64,000 bases of DNA from Candidatus Poribacteria bacterium (GTDB lineage Bacteria > Poribacteria > WGA-4E > WGA-3G): the NCBI GenBank assembly GCA_965205025.1, contig CBDBFU010000004.1, positions 1 through 64,000 on the forward strand. Direction: 5' to 3'. Positions 40,153 through 50,837 of this stretch are shown one piece after another. Below the pieces are notes generated by a model, which saw only the letters and a program-made list of their open reading frames with translations, had not been told where the DNA came from and made no database searches. The stretch's first letter is position 1, and each line of letters starts with the position of its first letter. The translations under genes and the position numbers were made by a program.

Positions 40153-40212
40153 AAACAAAATCTTATATTTTCACTTGTTTTAGAACTAAGATTCAGCAGT
40201 TTTTAAAATTAT

Positions 40213-41611
40213 ATGAAGTATTTCAATGTAGTATTACTTTTTTCTATGATTTTCTTCATCAGTGGTTGTGAAACAGACCGTGAGACAGACAATTTAAACA
40301 ACACACAAACGAATTCAACCATTCCTCTGGCTGGAGGGGAAACAACTGTTTTTGATGCATCAAGTCATGCATTCTCCATCCCAGCACCAAATCTCTCAGC
40401 GGATGCTTTGAATAAACACCTTGAAGGGGATGTAGAATTTGAAGCTGTCTTTGTTACCTCCCCAGCAGTTGTGAATCCGGGATTGGGACCAATATATAAT
40501 AACGTCTCTTGTATTAATTGTCATTCTCGTGATGGACGTGGACGACCTCCCACTGTTAATGAAGAACTCGTTTCTTTACTATTCAGACTTAGTCTTCCCA
40601 ATCCAAATAACATTGTAAATGGAAAACAACCTATACCTGTCCCCGGGTATGGCACCCAACTGAATAATCGGGCAATTTACGGAACACCTGCTGAAGGAAA
40701 TGTTGACATTACCTATACAGAACAACCTATAGTAACATCAGATGGAACGAAAATACATCTACGATATCCAAGTTATTCTATAACAGATGCTTATCATCCA
40801 CTACCTGAAGACATTGAGGTATCCCCACGAGTAGCTCCAGTGGTATTTGGTCTCGGTTTGTTGGAAGCTATCCCTCAGGAAGTTATCCTTTCAAACGCAG
40901 ATGAATCAGATGTTAATCAGGATGGTATATCAGGAAAACCTAATTTTGTTTGGGATGTAGTAAAAAAGCAATACGTCTTAGGACGATTCGGTTGGAAAGC
41001 AAACCAGCCAAACCTACTACAACAAGTAGCTTCAGCCTATCATGATGATATGGGGTTAACAACTTCACTGTTCCAGATGGAAAATTCAAAAGGACAATCA
41101 CAACATACTGAAGTAAGTACATCACCAGAAATAAGCGATGAGATATTGGATGTAGTGACATTTTATGTTCAAACATTAGCAGTACCAGCACGACGTAATG
41201 TGGATGATCCTAAAGTAATTCAAGGAGAACAACTTTTTACACAAGCACAATGTGGTACATGTCACACCCCAACACACAGAACTGGTTTATTCCAGGGTAT
41301 ACCATCAGTAAGTAATCAAACAATTCATCCATACACCGACCTATTACTTCACGATATGGGACCCAGATTTAGCAGACAATCGTCCTGATTTTCAAGCAAC
41401 TGGTACGGAATGGCGAACACCACCCTTATGGGGAATAGGTTTAGTACGGACTGTCAATGGCCACACCAATTTCCTACATGATGGTAGAGCTCGTGATCTT
41501 ATGGAAGCTGTTCTTTGGCACGGTGGTGAAGCTGAAAAATCTCGCAATATTACATTAGAGATGTCCCAAACTGAACGAAATGCATTAATTGCATTCTTAA
41601 ATTCATTGTAA
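40213..41611 (+). CDS. Di-heme oxidoreductase (DHOR/IrpB-like) lipoprotein, with apparent extra C near 41363
   Basis: GLGPIYNNVSCINCH, GRFGWKA, CGTCH, YTDLLLHDMG. The shifted frame continues DLADNRPDFQATGTEWRTPPLWGIG...FLHDGRAR...WHGGEA to TAA at 41609-41611. Confidence 0.88.
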
Positions 41612-41630
41612 TTCAATTCCACAAAAGGAT

Positions 41631-41888
41631 ATGGGAATGAATCTAACTATAATGACCATTAATTGCAGTATATTAATAATAATGTTTTTAATTGGACTTT
41701 GCTTTTGTGGTTGTGAAAGCGACCCAATACTATCTCCTCAAGTTGAAGTATCTGAGGAATCGGGTAGTTACGGAAATACAAACATTGAGATTAATGAATC
41801 TGAAACCAGTTCAAATAAAGTGAATAATCAACAGAAAAGAAGAATTCGTAGCAAGTTTAACAAGAATACAAACCCTAAACTCTTCTAA
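41631..41888 (+). CDS. Small putative lipoprotein
   Basis: Hydrophobic N-terminus with FCGC lipobox-like motif, inside the operon. Confidence 0.45.
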   Translation: MGMNLTIMTINCSILIIMFLIGLCFCGCESDPILSPQVEVSEESGSYGNTNIEINESETSSNKVNNQQKRRIRSKFNKNTNPKLF

Positions 41889-41906
41889 GGTACAGGATTA
41901 TCTTTT

Positions 41907-44417
41907 ATGTATATTTTTACAGGTGTAGTTAACATATCAAAAACATGGAATAGATCCGTAATAATGATCTTGATGGTTACACTTCTCATGTGTATAGTCC
42001 ATAGTTCCGAGGGAACAAACATAATTAGTGGTAAGGTCGTAAATAAAGAAACAAAACTCCCAATTTATGGAGCGACTGTTAAAATTGATTCAAAAGGACA
42101 TACCATACAAGAAACTTCAACCGATAGAGAAGGCAACTTTCATTTTACGCAAGATTGGCATGAGGATCAACAACTTCATGTCAATTCAGAAGGTTTTAAT
42201 TTCTACAAGCAAGTACTATCATCTACTGGAGAGTTAGATGGTTTGGAAATAATGTTAACACAACAGCCTTTTGAGCTTGCACCCATCGAAATCATAGGTC
42301 AATCTTTACTGGAACATAAGAAATTACCGGGTACAATGACTAAGTTAGAACCAGAGACTGTTAATTTAATCAATCCTGTAGGAACCCAAGAATTACTTGA
42401 ACTAATACCTGGAATCAATGGATATGCAGATGATGGTTTCGGGAACTCACGATTGAGTATTGGCATACGTGGTTTAAACCCGCGAAGAAGTGCCCGTGTG
42501 CTTTTGCTTGAAGATGGTGTCCCAATTCAACCCGCCGTATATATCTATCCAAATGCTTATTACAACCCACCAGCAGACCGTATTGATGCAGTCGAAGTTA
42601 TTAAGGGTAGTGGAGCTATCCGCTATGGTCCACAGACTATGGGGGGTGTGATAAACTATACAACCCGAAAACCAACAGGAATACAAGGCTTAGCTAATCA
42701 AATTACTTTGGGAAACAATGGATATTATAGTGGATTCTCAGAAATCAGAGGAATTGGAAGTCCTGATATCGTTGTCTCAGATGTACAACTTCTATATAAA
42801 CATGGGGATGGATTTAGAGATAATAATACTTTTGATCAATTCAATGGTACAGTGAAGACATTATTCCAATTGACTGAAGAAAAAACACTATACATGAAAT
42901 TAAATGGGAATTATGAAAATTCAAATGCAACATATACAGGATTGACAGAGTATTCTTTTAGGACAAATCCGAATTTCAATCCAAAGAATGATGACAATTT
43001 TAAAGTCATACGTACTTCACTTGACCTAATTTATACCAACAAGATATCAGATAACATAGTTAGTAATTCGACCCTATATTCAAGTCTTTTTGATCGTAGA
43101 TGGTGGCGTGAGGATGATATTTTTGTTCGACCATCCTCATTTGACACAGGTAAATTAACACCAGTACCGTATTTCCAAAACGGAGACCTTATCAGAACTG
43201 GTAATGGAAAGAGTAATTTTGGTATTCTGCGTACATTCTATGTTGGTGGAGTGGAGCAAAATTACGCATGGAAACATGGAATTGGTAGCAATTCAGCAAA
43301 TGTAGACATTGGGGGCAGATTACATTGGGAAAGGTTTATTGACGATAGGAAAGTTGGTAATGCCCCTGATGCACGAGATGGAGTTTACTATACTGGTGTA
43401 CAGGATTCAACTAAAGACCCTGTGAAGATTGTTGGACAAAGTCATCATTACGAAACTACTGCATTGGCACTCTACGCAGAAGAACAGATTGAATTTCAAA
43501 ACTTGACTCTGATAACCGGTGTTCGGTATGAGCTATTTAAACAAGACCGTGTTGATAGATTACGCGGGTCAGTACTCGCTGATAAAGTATCTTCTGTATT
43601 ATTACCAGGTATTGGCGTAAATTATGAAGTAGGACATTTCAACTTTTTTGGGGGTATTCATAGAGGTTATACTGCACCTTCCAGCGGGGCATTAAAGATA
43701 ACTAATTTTGGACAGAATGTGGAATCTGGTGGACTTGACCTTGAACCTGAGAAAAGCTGGAATATGGAAGTTGGTGTTAGATCCTGGATACCGGGGATTA
43801 TCCTAGAGACATCCACCTTTTTGATTCAGATTGAAGATTTAGTCGCAGCGGGAAGAGGTACGGCATTTAAGAATTTAGGTAAGGTCAATCTATCTGGACT
43901 CGAATTTGCAATGAAATTAGGTATATCAGAATTATCTTCAATTCTTCCAGATTTCAACTTTACATATACATACCTTCAAACAGAAATTATTGATGGAATT
44001 ATAAAGTCTGCTACTATAGCAGGTAATGTTGATGTAGATATAAATGGTAATGAATTACCCTATGCTCCACAACACACCTTTACAATAGGTTTGTCAAAAT
44101 ATTTATGGGATTCTATCCGTATGCGTGCAGATATGCGGTTTGTTGATGAAGTATTTACTGATTTTGAGAATCTACAACAAACCTTTAACCGAGGAGACAC
44201 TGGACCTATTCCAAGTTATTCAATTGTTAATGCAAGTATAGATTACAAAGTTTCACAACAATGGCAGCTATTTTTTACTGTCAAAAACCTATTAGATCAA
44301 GTTTATATCGGGTCACGACTGCATTCAAATGCTGGTCAACCTGAAGCAAATCTAAGCTCAGGAATCTTAATTGGTCCGAGAAGACAGATATTATTTGGTA
44401 TAAAACAAGGTATATAA
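41907..44417 (+). CDS. TonB-dependent receptor (FecA-like) with N-terminal carboxypeptidase-regulatory-like domain
   Basis: IGIRGLNPRRS, LLEDGVPI, EVIKGSGAIRYGPQTMGGVINY, LEPEKSWN, KNLLD. Confidence 0.92.
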   Translation: MYIFTGVVNISKTWNRSVIMILMVTLLMCIVHSSEGTNIISGKVVNKETKLPIYGATVKIDSKGHTIQETSTDREGNFHFTQDWHEDQQLHVNSEGFNFYKQVLSSTGELDGLEIMLTQQPFELAPIEIIGQSLLEHKKLPGTMTKLEPETVNLINPVGTQELLELIPGINGYADDGFGNSRLSIGIRGLNPRRSARVLLLEDGVPIQPAVYIYPNAYYNPPADRIDAVEVIKGSGAIRYGPQTMGGVINYTTRKPTGIQGLANQITLGNNGYYSGFSEIRGIGSPDIVVSDVQLLYKHGDGFRDNNTFDQFNGTVKTLFQLTEEKTLYMKLNGNYENSNATYTGLTEYSFRTNPNFNPKNDDNFKVIRTSLDLIYTNKISDNIVSNSTLYSSLFDRRWWREDDIFVRPSSFDTGKLTPVPYFQNGDLIRTGNGKSNFGILRTFYVGGVEQNYAWKHGIGSNSANVDIGGRLHWERFIDDRKVGNAPDARDGVYYTGVQDSTKDPVKIVGQSHHYETTALALYAEEQIEFQNLTLITGVRYELFKQDRVDRLRGSVLADKVSSVLLPGIGVNYEVGHFNFFGGIHRGYTAPSSGALKITNFGQNVESGGLDLEPEKSWNMEVGVRSWIPGIILETSTFLIQIEDLVAAGRGTAFKNLGKVNLSGLEFAMKLGISELSSILPDFNFTYTYLQTEIIDGIIKSATIAGNVDVDINGNELPYAPQHTFTIGLSKYLWDSIRMRADMRFVDEVFTDFENLQQTFNRGDTGPIPSYSIVNASIDYKVSQQWQLFFTVKNLLDQVYIGSRLHSNAGQPEANLSSGILIGPRRQILFGIKQGI

Positions 44418-44480
44418 TTTAGTGTATACAGATATAGAAATGTATTATAACATTTCTATATCTTGTATCTTCAAACTTAA

Positions 44481-44509
44481 TTTTGGATAATGAGATTCAT
44501 TATCCAAAA
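44481..44509. promoter_or_regulatory. Fur box-like palindrome
   Basis: TTTTG-GATAATGAGATTCATTATC-CAAAA, close to the Fur consensus GATAATGATAATCATTATC. Confidence 0.85.
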
Positions 44510-44524
44510 AATGTAAGGTGATTT

Positions 44525-45841
44525 ATGATAAATATTTCAAATAAACTACAATGGTTAACAGTTTTTCTAACAATTTCAATCCTATTTATTTGCGGATGCG
44601 GTAGTGACGAAGATGATGATACTATAGATCAAACTGGTGAAGGGAAAATCCAAGTTCCTCAAGCGTATGTATTTGACAGTCGTTTCCAAGAGGGAGAAAG
44701 TAGTGTATCCTATTCTGGACAAGTTGTTCGAAATTTACTACTACAGGATCTGAAAGCAGTTACAGATAGTGTCGGAAAAGATAGTGGGAAAGCTGCATCT
44801 GTAGATGATATGTTACAATTATATGAATACGACGATGCTTTGAACCTAAAAACAATTACTACCACTGGATCCGTACCTGCCCTTGAAAGTCAGTACTCTT
44901 CTCTATCAACTGGTAAGAATCTCGTTGGTAAAATCTCCGATGCTCCTGTTATCGGTTATAACCGGTCTGCCGATGATTTAGTACGAGAATGGTTCAAAGG
45001 AATATCGGACAACTCACAAGATTCGGATAAACTCGGTACTGCAATGGCTTATACTACCGAAGATGGTGTTGACATGTCTCAGATGATAAACAAAGTCCTT
45101 ATTGGTGCTGTTCCCTACTATCAAGCAACTGGCGTTTACCTTGATACTCTACTTGAACGTGATAATAGTGAAGCAAGGGATGGTACAAAACCGTATACTG
45201 CAATGGAACATGCATGGGATGAAGCTTTTGGTTATTTCGGGGCAGCTCGGGATTATGCTCGATATACCGATATACAACTGGCTGGATCAGTTGATGATTT
45301 TACTTTTGATTCTAATGGTGATGGATCAATAGATTTCAATTCCGAGTACAATTTCGGTCTATCCAGAAATGCTGCTAAACGGGATAAAGGAGGTACAGGC
45401 GTTGATTTTACTACTGAAATCTTCAATGCATTCCTTGCCGGTCGGACTGCTATCACAAATCAAGGATCTGTCTCAGAAATAAGTGCACACAGACAAGCTG
45501 CTGCAAATGGCATGGAAAAAGTAATCGCCGCAACTGTTGTTCATTACATCAATGATACACTTAGTGATATGTCAAAGTTAGGGACAGACGAAGAGAATCT
45601 TGCTAATCTAAATAAACATTGGGCAGAAATGAAAGGATATACAGTTGCATTACAGTATAATCCTTTCAAGTTAATTAGTGATGGTCAACTTAGGGAGTTA
45701 CATGGTATCATGGGAACGGCTCCGAAGTACGATACACCCGGAACAGATGCCTATAAAACTCAGGTCACTAATTATCAACGAGCAAAAGATGTAATGCAGG
45801 CTGCTTACGGATTCTCAAATTCAAACATGGAGAACTGGTAG
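44525..45841 (+). CDS. DUF4856-like (imelysin-related) lipoprotein
   Basis: Lipobox CGC, SSVSYSGQVVR, EHAWDEAFGYFG, HWAEMKG. Confidence 0.78.
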   Translation: MINISNKLQWLTVFLTISILFICGCGSDEDDDTIDQTGEGKIQVPQAYVFDSRFQEGESSVSYSGQVVRNLLLQDLKAVTDSVGKDSGKAASVDDMLQLYEYDDALNLKTITTTGSVPALESQYSSLSTGKNLVGKISDAPVIGYNRSADDLVREWFKGISDNSQDSDKLGTAMAYTTEDGVDMSQMINKVLIGAVPYYQATGVYLDTLLERDNSEARDGTKPYTAMEHAWDEAFGYFGAARDYARYTDIQLAGSVDDFTFDSNGDGSIDFNSEYNFGLSRNAAKRDKGGTGVDFTTEIFNAFLAGRTAITNQGSVSEISAHRQAAANGMEKVIAATVVHYINDTLSDMSKLGTDEENLANLNKHWAEMKGYTVALQYNPFKLISDGQLRELHGIMGTAPKYDTPGTDAYKTQVTNYQRAKDVMQAAYGFSNSNMENW

Positions 45842-45885
45842 GTAATACTCTAAGTTCGGACCCATATAAGGTTGAGTAGTTAAAC

Positions 45886-45923
45886 AAAGGAAGATTATCC
45901 ACGTAATGGTTAATCTTCCTTTT
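45886..45923 (+). terminator. Intrinsic terminator-like hairpin
   Basis: AAAGGAAGATTA...TAATCTTCCTTTT. Confidence 0.55.
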
Positions 45924-45948
45924 TACATCTCTTGAAACGTCCAAAAAG

Positions 45949-47439
45949 ATGAACAAACAGGAACAAACAAACCATCTATTCACATGGGGATTTATCTTAC
46001 TCTGTTGTATTGTTTCCCGTTTGTTAAGTACTATCTATTACATTGAAGATATAGACAGTCTAAGATTTGCATTGAGTATGCTGGAATATGATGTAGAAAA
46101 GTTACAACCTCATTTTCCAGCATATCCCGTCTTCTGTTTCCTAGCAAAATTCATTTATATCTTGACTGGACGGTACTCTATAGCATTTTCAATTATAGGA
46201 GGTATATCCACTTTTCTGATAATCTTCTTTACCTTAAAGATTGTTAAGATCAAATGCACTTCTCAATTGGGAATAATCGCTATCTTGATTTTATTCATGA
46301 ACCCTTTATTGTGGTTAATGAGTAATCGTTATATGCCAGATATTTTAGGTCTTGCATGTCTATTAGGAGCATTCTATTACATCTTAAAATCTATACACAA
46401 GGATGGAAACAACTCATCATTTTATGGTTACATTGGATATTTTCTTGCAGCAATTTTGTCGGGAATAAAAATCTCATATATCCCATTATTGATACCAGTC
46501 CTATTAATCGGATTAAAAAACAATAATAGAATAAAGTTAATTATCGTAGGATGCATAGGGCTATTATTGTGGCTAATACCATTATTGTGGATGACAGGGT
46601 GGAAGACACTCTTAGGAAGTGCTCTGAACCAGACACAAGGGCACTTTACAGATTTTGGGGGTACAGTTTCAACAAATCCGGATTTATGGCTCCGTTTGAG
46701 TAAAATTATCGAGAGTATCGTTGCTGATGGGTTTGGATTATATTGGCTGGGACGTCATCTCATAACAGCTGTAAGCACTATCCTTCTCTTAGTTATAATT
46801 TTCTCAAATTGGAAATCAATAGTAGGTAGAACTGAACAGAGTCTGTTTGGACAGAATCATATATACCACCAATCACTATTGATTGGTTGCATAATTTATT
46901 CTGTCTGGTTATTTGTAGGACAGAATGTGATATATAAGAGTCGACATATAATACCATTATTACCTTTTTTCTCTATAGGAATAGCCATCGCATGTAATCA
47001 AATGTTAATAAATGCGAAGAAGCAGACTGATTCAATACGTATGGTATTGAAAAGATGGTATCAATACAGCATTGGAATTCTTGTATGCTTTCTTCTTTGT
47101 TATAGTTTCGTTACAATACATACCGTCATTCAACATACAAGACCTACCGCAATAGCACAAATACAAAGATACTTACTCGAAAAAACATCTCAATCTAACC
47201 ATGAACTCAAAATTGTATCTGTTCCACTAATTAAATATTATTTGGTGTCCCAAGGAGTGAAAGCAGAATATATACCTATAAAATCTCCAAAAGATATACA
47301 ACAACTTAATGATCTGAACAGTAAATATGTAGCAATTGGAACAAATTTACCTAATCGCAATCCAAAAAAGGAATTTACGTTTTACCATAACCCTTATGTG
47401 AACAGAATGTGGTCAGAATTACATGTATATGAATACTAA
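45949..47439 (+). CDS. Polytopic membrane protein, GT-C glycosyltransferase-like
   Basis: DIDSLRFALS, QPHFPAYPVF, NPLLW..SNRYMPD, about 10 hydrophobic segments. Confidence 0.6.
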   Translation: MNKQEQTNHLFTWGFILLCCIVSRLLSTIYYIEDIDSLRFALSMLEYDVEKLQPHFPAYPVFCFLAKFIYILTGRYSIAFSIIGGISTFLIIFFTLKIVKIKCTSQLGIIAILILFMNPLLWLMSNRYMPDILGLACLLGAFYYILKSIHKDGNNSSFYGYIGYFLAAILSGIKISYIPLLIPVLLIGLKNNNRIKLIIVGCIGLLLWLIPLLWMTGWKTLLGSALNQTQGHFTDFGGTVSTNPDLWLRLSKIIESIVADGFGLYWLGRHLITAVSTILLLVIIFSNWKSIVGRTEQSLFGQNHIYHQSLLIGCIIYSVWLFVGQNVIYKSRHIIPLLPFFSIGIAIACNQMLINAKKQTDSIRMVLKRWYQYSIGILVCFLLCYSFVTIHTVIQHTRPTAIAQIQRYLLEKTSQSNHELKIVSVPLIKYYLVSQGVKAEYIPIKSPKDIQQLNDLNSKYVAIGTNLPNRNPKKEFTFYHNPYVNRMWSELHVYEY

Positions 47440-47752
47440 TAGAAATGCAGAAGAGAATTAGTAGGTATGTGGTTCTCTAAACGACTATATAATAGTGTAA
47501 TTTAAGACATATACACTTACATACCTCGGTAGGTGCTGTTTCCCGACGAATTCCTATCGGGAATACCTTAATGGCATTCATACCGTTGATTTGACGGATT
47601 CGGTGTTGATTCCCCGCATTGGTTTTTAGTGTATCATAAACTTAAAATCTACCATATTATGACTTAATCACACAAACTGATTTTGTGAATCATTGTTCAG
47701 AAATAACATAAGACATTATCAATCTATTTTTGGTATCGGAGAAAAATTCATA

Positions 47753-49084
47753 ATGGAAATTCCTGATCTTCATATACTCGGTGGTGGGCCTGCAGGTTTA
47801 ACGACAGGATATTATGCCAAGAAACACAATATCAATTTCCTTATATATGAAGCGGGGGAACAAGTTGGAGGGAACTGTCGTACACTTCAAATTGATAACT
47901 TTTTGTTTGATACTGGAGCACACAGATTTCATGATAAAGACCAAGAAGCAACAAAAATAGTTAAAGAATTACTTGGAAATGATCTACAAAAGGTTGATGC
48001 CCCAAGCCAGATTTACTTTAAGAGTAAATATTATTGCTTTCCATTGGTACTAAGTGATCTGGTTCAGAAACTGGATAGAAAAACTCTACTAAAAATCATT
48101 TTTGAGAAACTGCAAAGTGGACAGATAAGGCATTTAGATAATTTTAAACAACTTGCACTGAAAAAGTATGGCAGTACGTTAGCAAACAATTTTCTACTTA
48201 ATTACTCTGAAAAACTATGGGGTGAGACACCAGAAAAACTATCTACATCAATTACTGGCAACAGACTAAAAGGATTAAACCTTTGGAGTTTTCTACAATC
48301 TACCGTTCTGGGTACTCCAAAGAATCCAAAACACTTAGACGGAACATTTTTCTATCCAAAATACGGGATTGGAATGATTCCTAATAAACTCTCTGAATTT
48401 ATAGGTAAAGAACGGATTCACTTAAATCATAGAATTAGTCGTATTAATCATAATTATGAAAAAATTGAAAGTGTAATATTAAATGATGATCTGGAGACAC
48501 AGATTAAGTATGTTGTGAATACATTACCTTTAACATTATCAATTCGTTTGATGAATCCAAAACCCCCATCTGAATTATGTGAAGTAGCAAATTCAATAAA
48601 ATTTCGACATCTTGTTCTTTCAATATTCTGCTTAAATCGAGAATATTACACACACAATGCTTCACTTTATTTTCCAAGTGAAGACTTTCCATTTACACGT
48701 TTGTATGAACCAAAAAACAGAAGCATTCACATGGCACCAGTTGGACAAACAGTAATTGTATTGGAAATCCCATGTTACACAGAAGATCCAATCTGGTCAA
48801 TGGAAGACAATACTATTGAAAAAATAGTATGGGACGCTTTAAGTAAAGTTAAGACAATAGATGCAGAGGAGGTAATCCACAGTCAAATATATAGACTTCC
48901 TTTCGCTTATCCTGTTCTTGAAGTAGATTTCGAAGATAAAGTTAAGCAGCTGGTGTCTTATTTCGACCAATTTAATAATTTACTTCTGACCGGCAGGAGT
49001 TCGCTGTTCAGGTATCTACATCTACATGACCTTTTTCATGCAGGCAAAGATGTAATAAGTAAATTGCAACAATCAAACATATAA
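47753..49084 (+). CDS. FAD-dependent oxidoreductase (protoporphyrinogen oxidase / UDP-galactopyranose mutase-like)
   Basis: ILGGGPAGL, VGGNCRT, FDTGAHRF, YSEKLWG, FFYPKYG, AYPV, GRSSLFRY. Confidence 0.82.
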   Translation: MEIPDLHILGGGPAGLTTGYYAKKHNINFLIYEAGEQVGGNCRTLQIDNFLFDTGAHRFHDKDQEATKIVKELLGNDLQKVDAPSQIYFKSKYYCFPLVLSDLVQKLDRKTLLKIIFEKLQSGQIRHLDNFKQLALKKYGSTLANNFLLNYSEKLWGETPEKLSTSITGNRLKGLNLWSFLQSTVLGTPKNPKHLDGTFFYPKYGIGMIPNKLSEFIGKERIHLNHRISRINHNYEKIESVILNDDLETQIKYVVNTLPLTLSIRLMNPKPPSELCEVANSIKFRHLVLSIFCLNREYYTHNASLYFPSEDFPFTRLYEPKNRSIHMAPVGQTVIVLEIPCYTEDPIWSMEDNTIEKIVWDALSKVKTIDAEEVIHSQIYRLPFAYPVLEVDFEDKVKQLVSYFDQFNNLLLTGRSSLFRYLHLHDLFHAGKDVISKLQQSNI

Positions 49085-49157
49085 ATAATAATATAGATAA
49101 TAAATACCAATTTAAGTTGTAAATTACAAATTAAACTGAGAATATTGAAAAATAAAT

Positions 49158-49265
49158 TTGACATTAATTAATAATTATAGTATTCTATCAATGCAGCAAC
49201 CGTAATAAAGCATCTACTGCTTCAAAAACAGCCTCTATTATGATAATGAGATTCATTATCATAAT
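49158..49265 (+). promoter_or_regulatory. sigma70 promoter and Fur box upstream of heme operon
   Basis: TTGACA-N17-TATTCT (49158-49186). GATAATGAGATTCATTATC (49242-49260) is identical to the box at 44486-44504. Confidence 0.82.
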
Positions 49266-49511
49266 TAAAGGTTCTTTTGAATACTCCTTAGGAACAGACG
49301 GTATAATACGAGGATAGGATTCTAACTACAACCGACTATACCTTAACTCGAATTTACCTTTGTTGAACAATGGTTCTGTTAGATGAATATGTCACAGAAT
49401 CTACAAGGTCGTTTATTCAGTACATATTCACTACGTTTGGTAGGGAGGTATATCCCTACCAAACCTACTGACATGTCATTATAATCTATTTACTAATGTA
49501 GGAGACAGTTA

Positions 49512-49877
49512 ATGATTACTGTAGCAAATCGTATTTATGTAGCAGAAGACTATAAGGACGAATTTGAAAAAAGGTTTCGAAATCGAGCTAAACTTGTTGA
49601 TGGAATGCCAGGGTTCATCTCAAATCAGGTGTTGCGACCTGTGAATGATGGTGATCCTTATATTGTCTTTACACTCTGGGAATCACGCAAAGATTTTGAG
49701 AACTGGGTTGATTCTGAGGAATTTCGGAAAGGGCATGCACAATCAGGAACGCTACCAAATGAAGCCTTCACACAATCAAACAAACTGGAACTACATGAGG
49801 TGTTTTTATATTCTGAGGAACCAGATTTGAAGGATGAACCATCAGGTGGTCCCTTCAAGATTCACCAAGAAGGATAA
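49512..49877 (+). CDS. IsdG/HmoA-like heme-degrading monooxygenase (ABM family)
   Basis: ITVANRIYV, FEKRFRNR, MPGF, TLWES..FENWVDSEEFRKGH; heme uptake context. Confidence 0.85.
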   Translation: MITVANRIYVAEDYKDEFEKRFRNRAKLVDGMPGFISNQVLRPVNDGDPYIVFTLWESRKDFENWVDSEEFRKGHAQSGTLPNEAFTQSNKLELHEVFLYSEEPDLKDEPSGGPFKIHQEG

Positions 49878-50096
49878 TTATACGCAGAAAAAGCGGCGAG
49901 TAGAACAAGGCATGCTCCAACTGGCAATTGATAGCAAATGCCGATGTTTCTAATGGAAATGATACATCTGGACTGATGATCTACAATCTCTCGCGTTTGA
50001 TGGATCACACGCACAAGGTATGAACGTAGTCACCCTATGCCTTTTCTGCATTTATAAGAATACAACATTAGTATCTCAACTGTCAAGGGGAATTCA

Positions 50097-50819
50097 ATGG
50101 ACAACAATGTAAATACTTCAAATAGGCATTCTGTAGGTAAAGATAGTAAAAAACCTGTAAAACGTAGAAGACGTTCACCATATTCCTTCTTACCGCTTAG
50201 ATGGAGTCGAGGGAGTTTCCTAAAATGGCTTCGGAGAACGCATGCATGGTTAGGTCTTTGGGGAGCAGCATTAGGAATTCTGTTTGGTGTGACCGGGATC
50301 CTTCTTAATCATAGAGGAAAGTTACAGATCAACGCAGCCCATACCGAACAGACAGAGCATGAATTGACTCTTCCCAAACAAAAACCAGAAAATATCGAAG
50401 AATTCGCATTATGGTTGAAGACAGAACTTAATATCAATAAGGAATGGAGTCGTATTCGTTCACAAAAGCCTCGTGAAATAAGTTGGGGTGGAAAATCTGT
50501 GACACAACCGGCAAGATGGAGTGTCAGTTTTAGTAATCCTAAAGGAGGTTACAGTGCAGATTATTGGGTCGGTAATACCTATACATCAGTACGACATTTT
50601 AATAGGAATATATTTGCTTTTCTAAACCGATTACATATGGCAAGTGGATTAGGAGTCGGTTGGATTCTTCTTGCCGATACAATCGCAGGGAGCTTAATTA
50701 TCCTATCACTCTCAGGCATATTACTTTGGACCCGTTTACATGGTCCAAGACTTCTGGCAGCCAGCCTTGGTATAGGATCTATATGTATGGCAGTATACTT
50801 CGTCTGGAGAGCCTTCTAA
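50097..50819 (+). CDS. PepSY-associated TM helix protein
   Basis: LRRTHAWLGLWG..FGVTGILLNH, LNRLHM, WILLAD..LSGILLW. Confidence 0.85.
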   Translation: MDNNVNTSNRHSVGKDSKKPVKRRRRSPYSFLPLRWSRGSFLKWLRRTHAWLGLWGAALGILFGVTGILLNHRGKLQINAAHTEQTEHELTLPKQKPENIEEFALWLKTELNINKEWSRIRSQKPREISWGGKSVTQPARWSVSFSNPKGGYSADYWVGNTYTSVRHFNRNIFAFLNRLHMASGLGVGWILLADTIAGSLIILSLSGILLWTRLHGPRLLAASLGIGSICMAVYFVWRAF

Positions 50820-50837
50820 AAAGAAAAGGATCAACAC

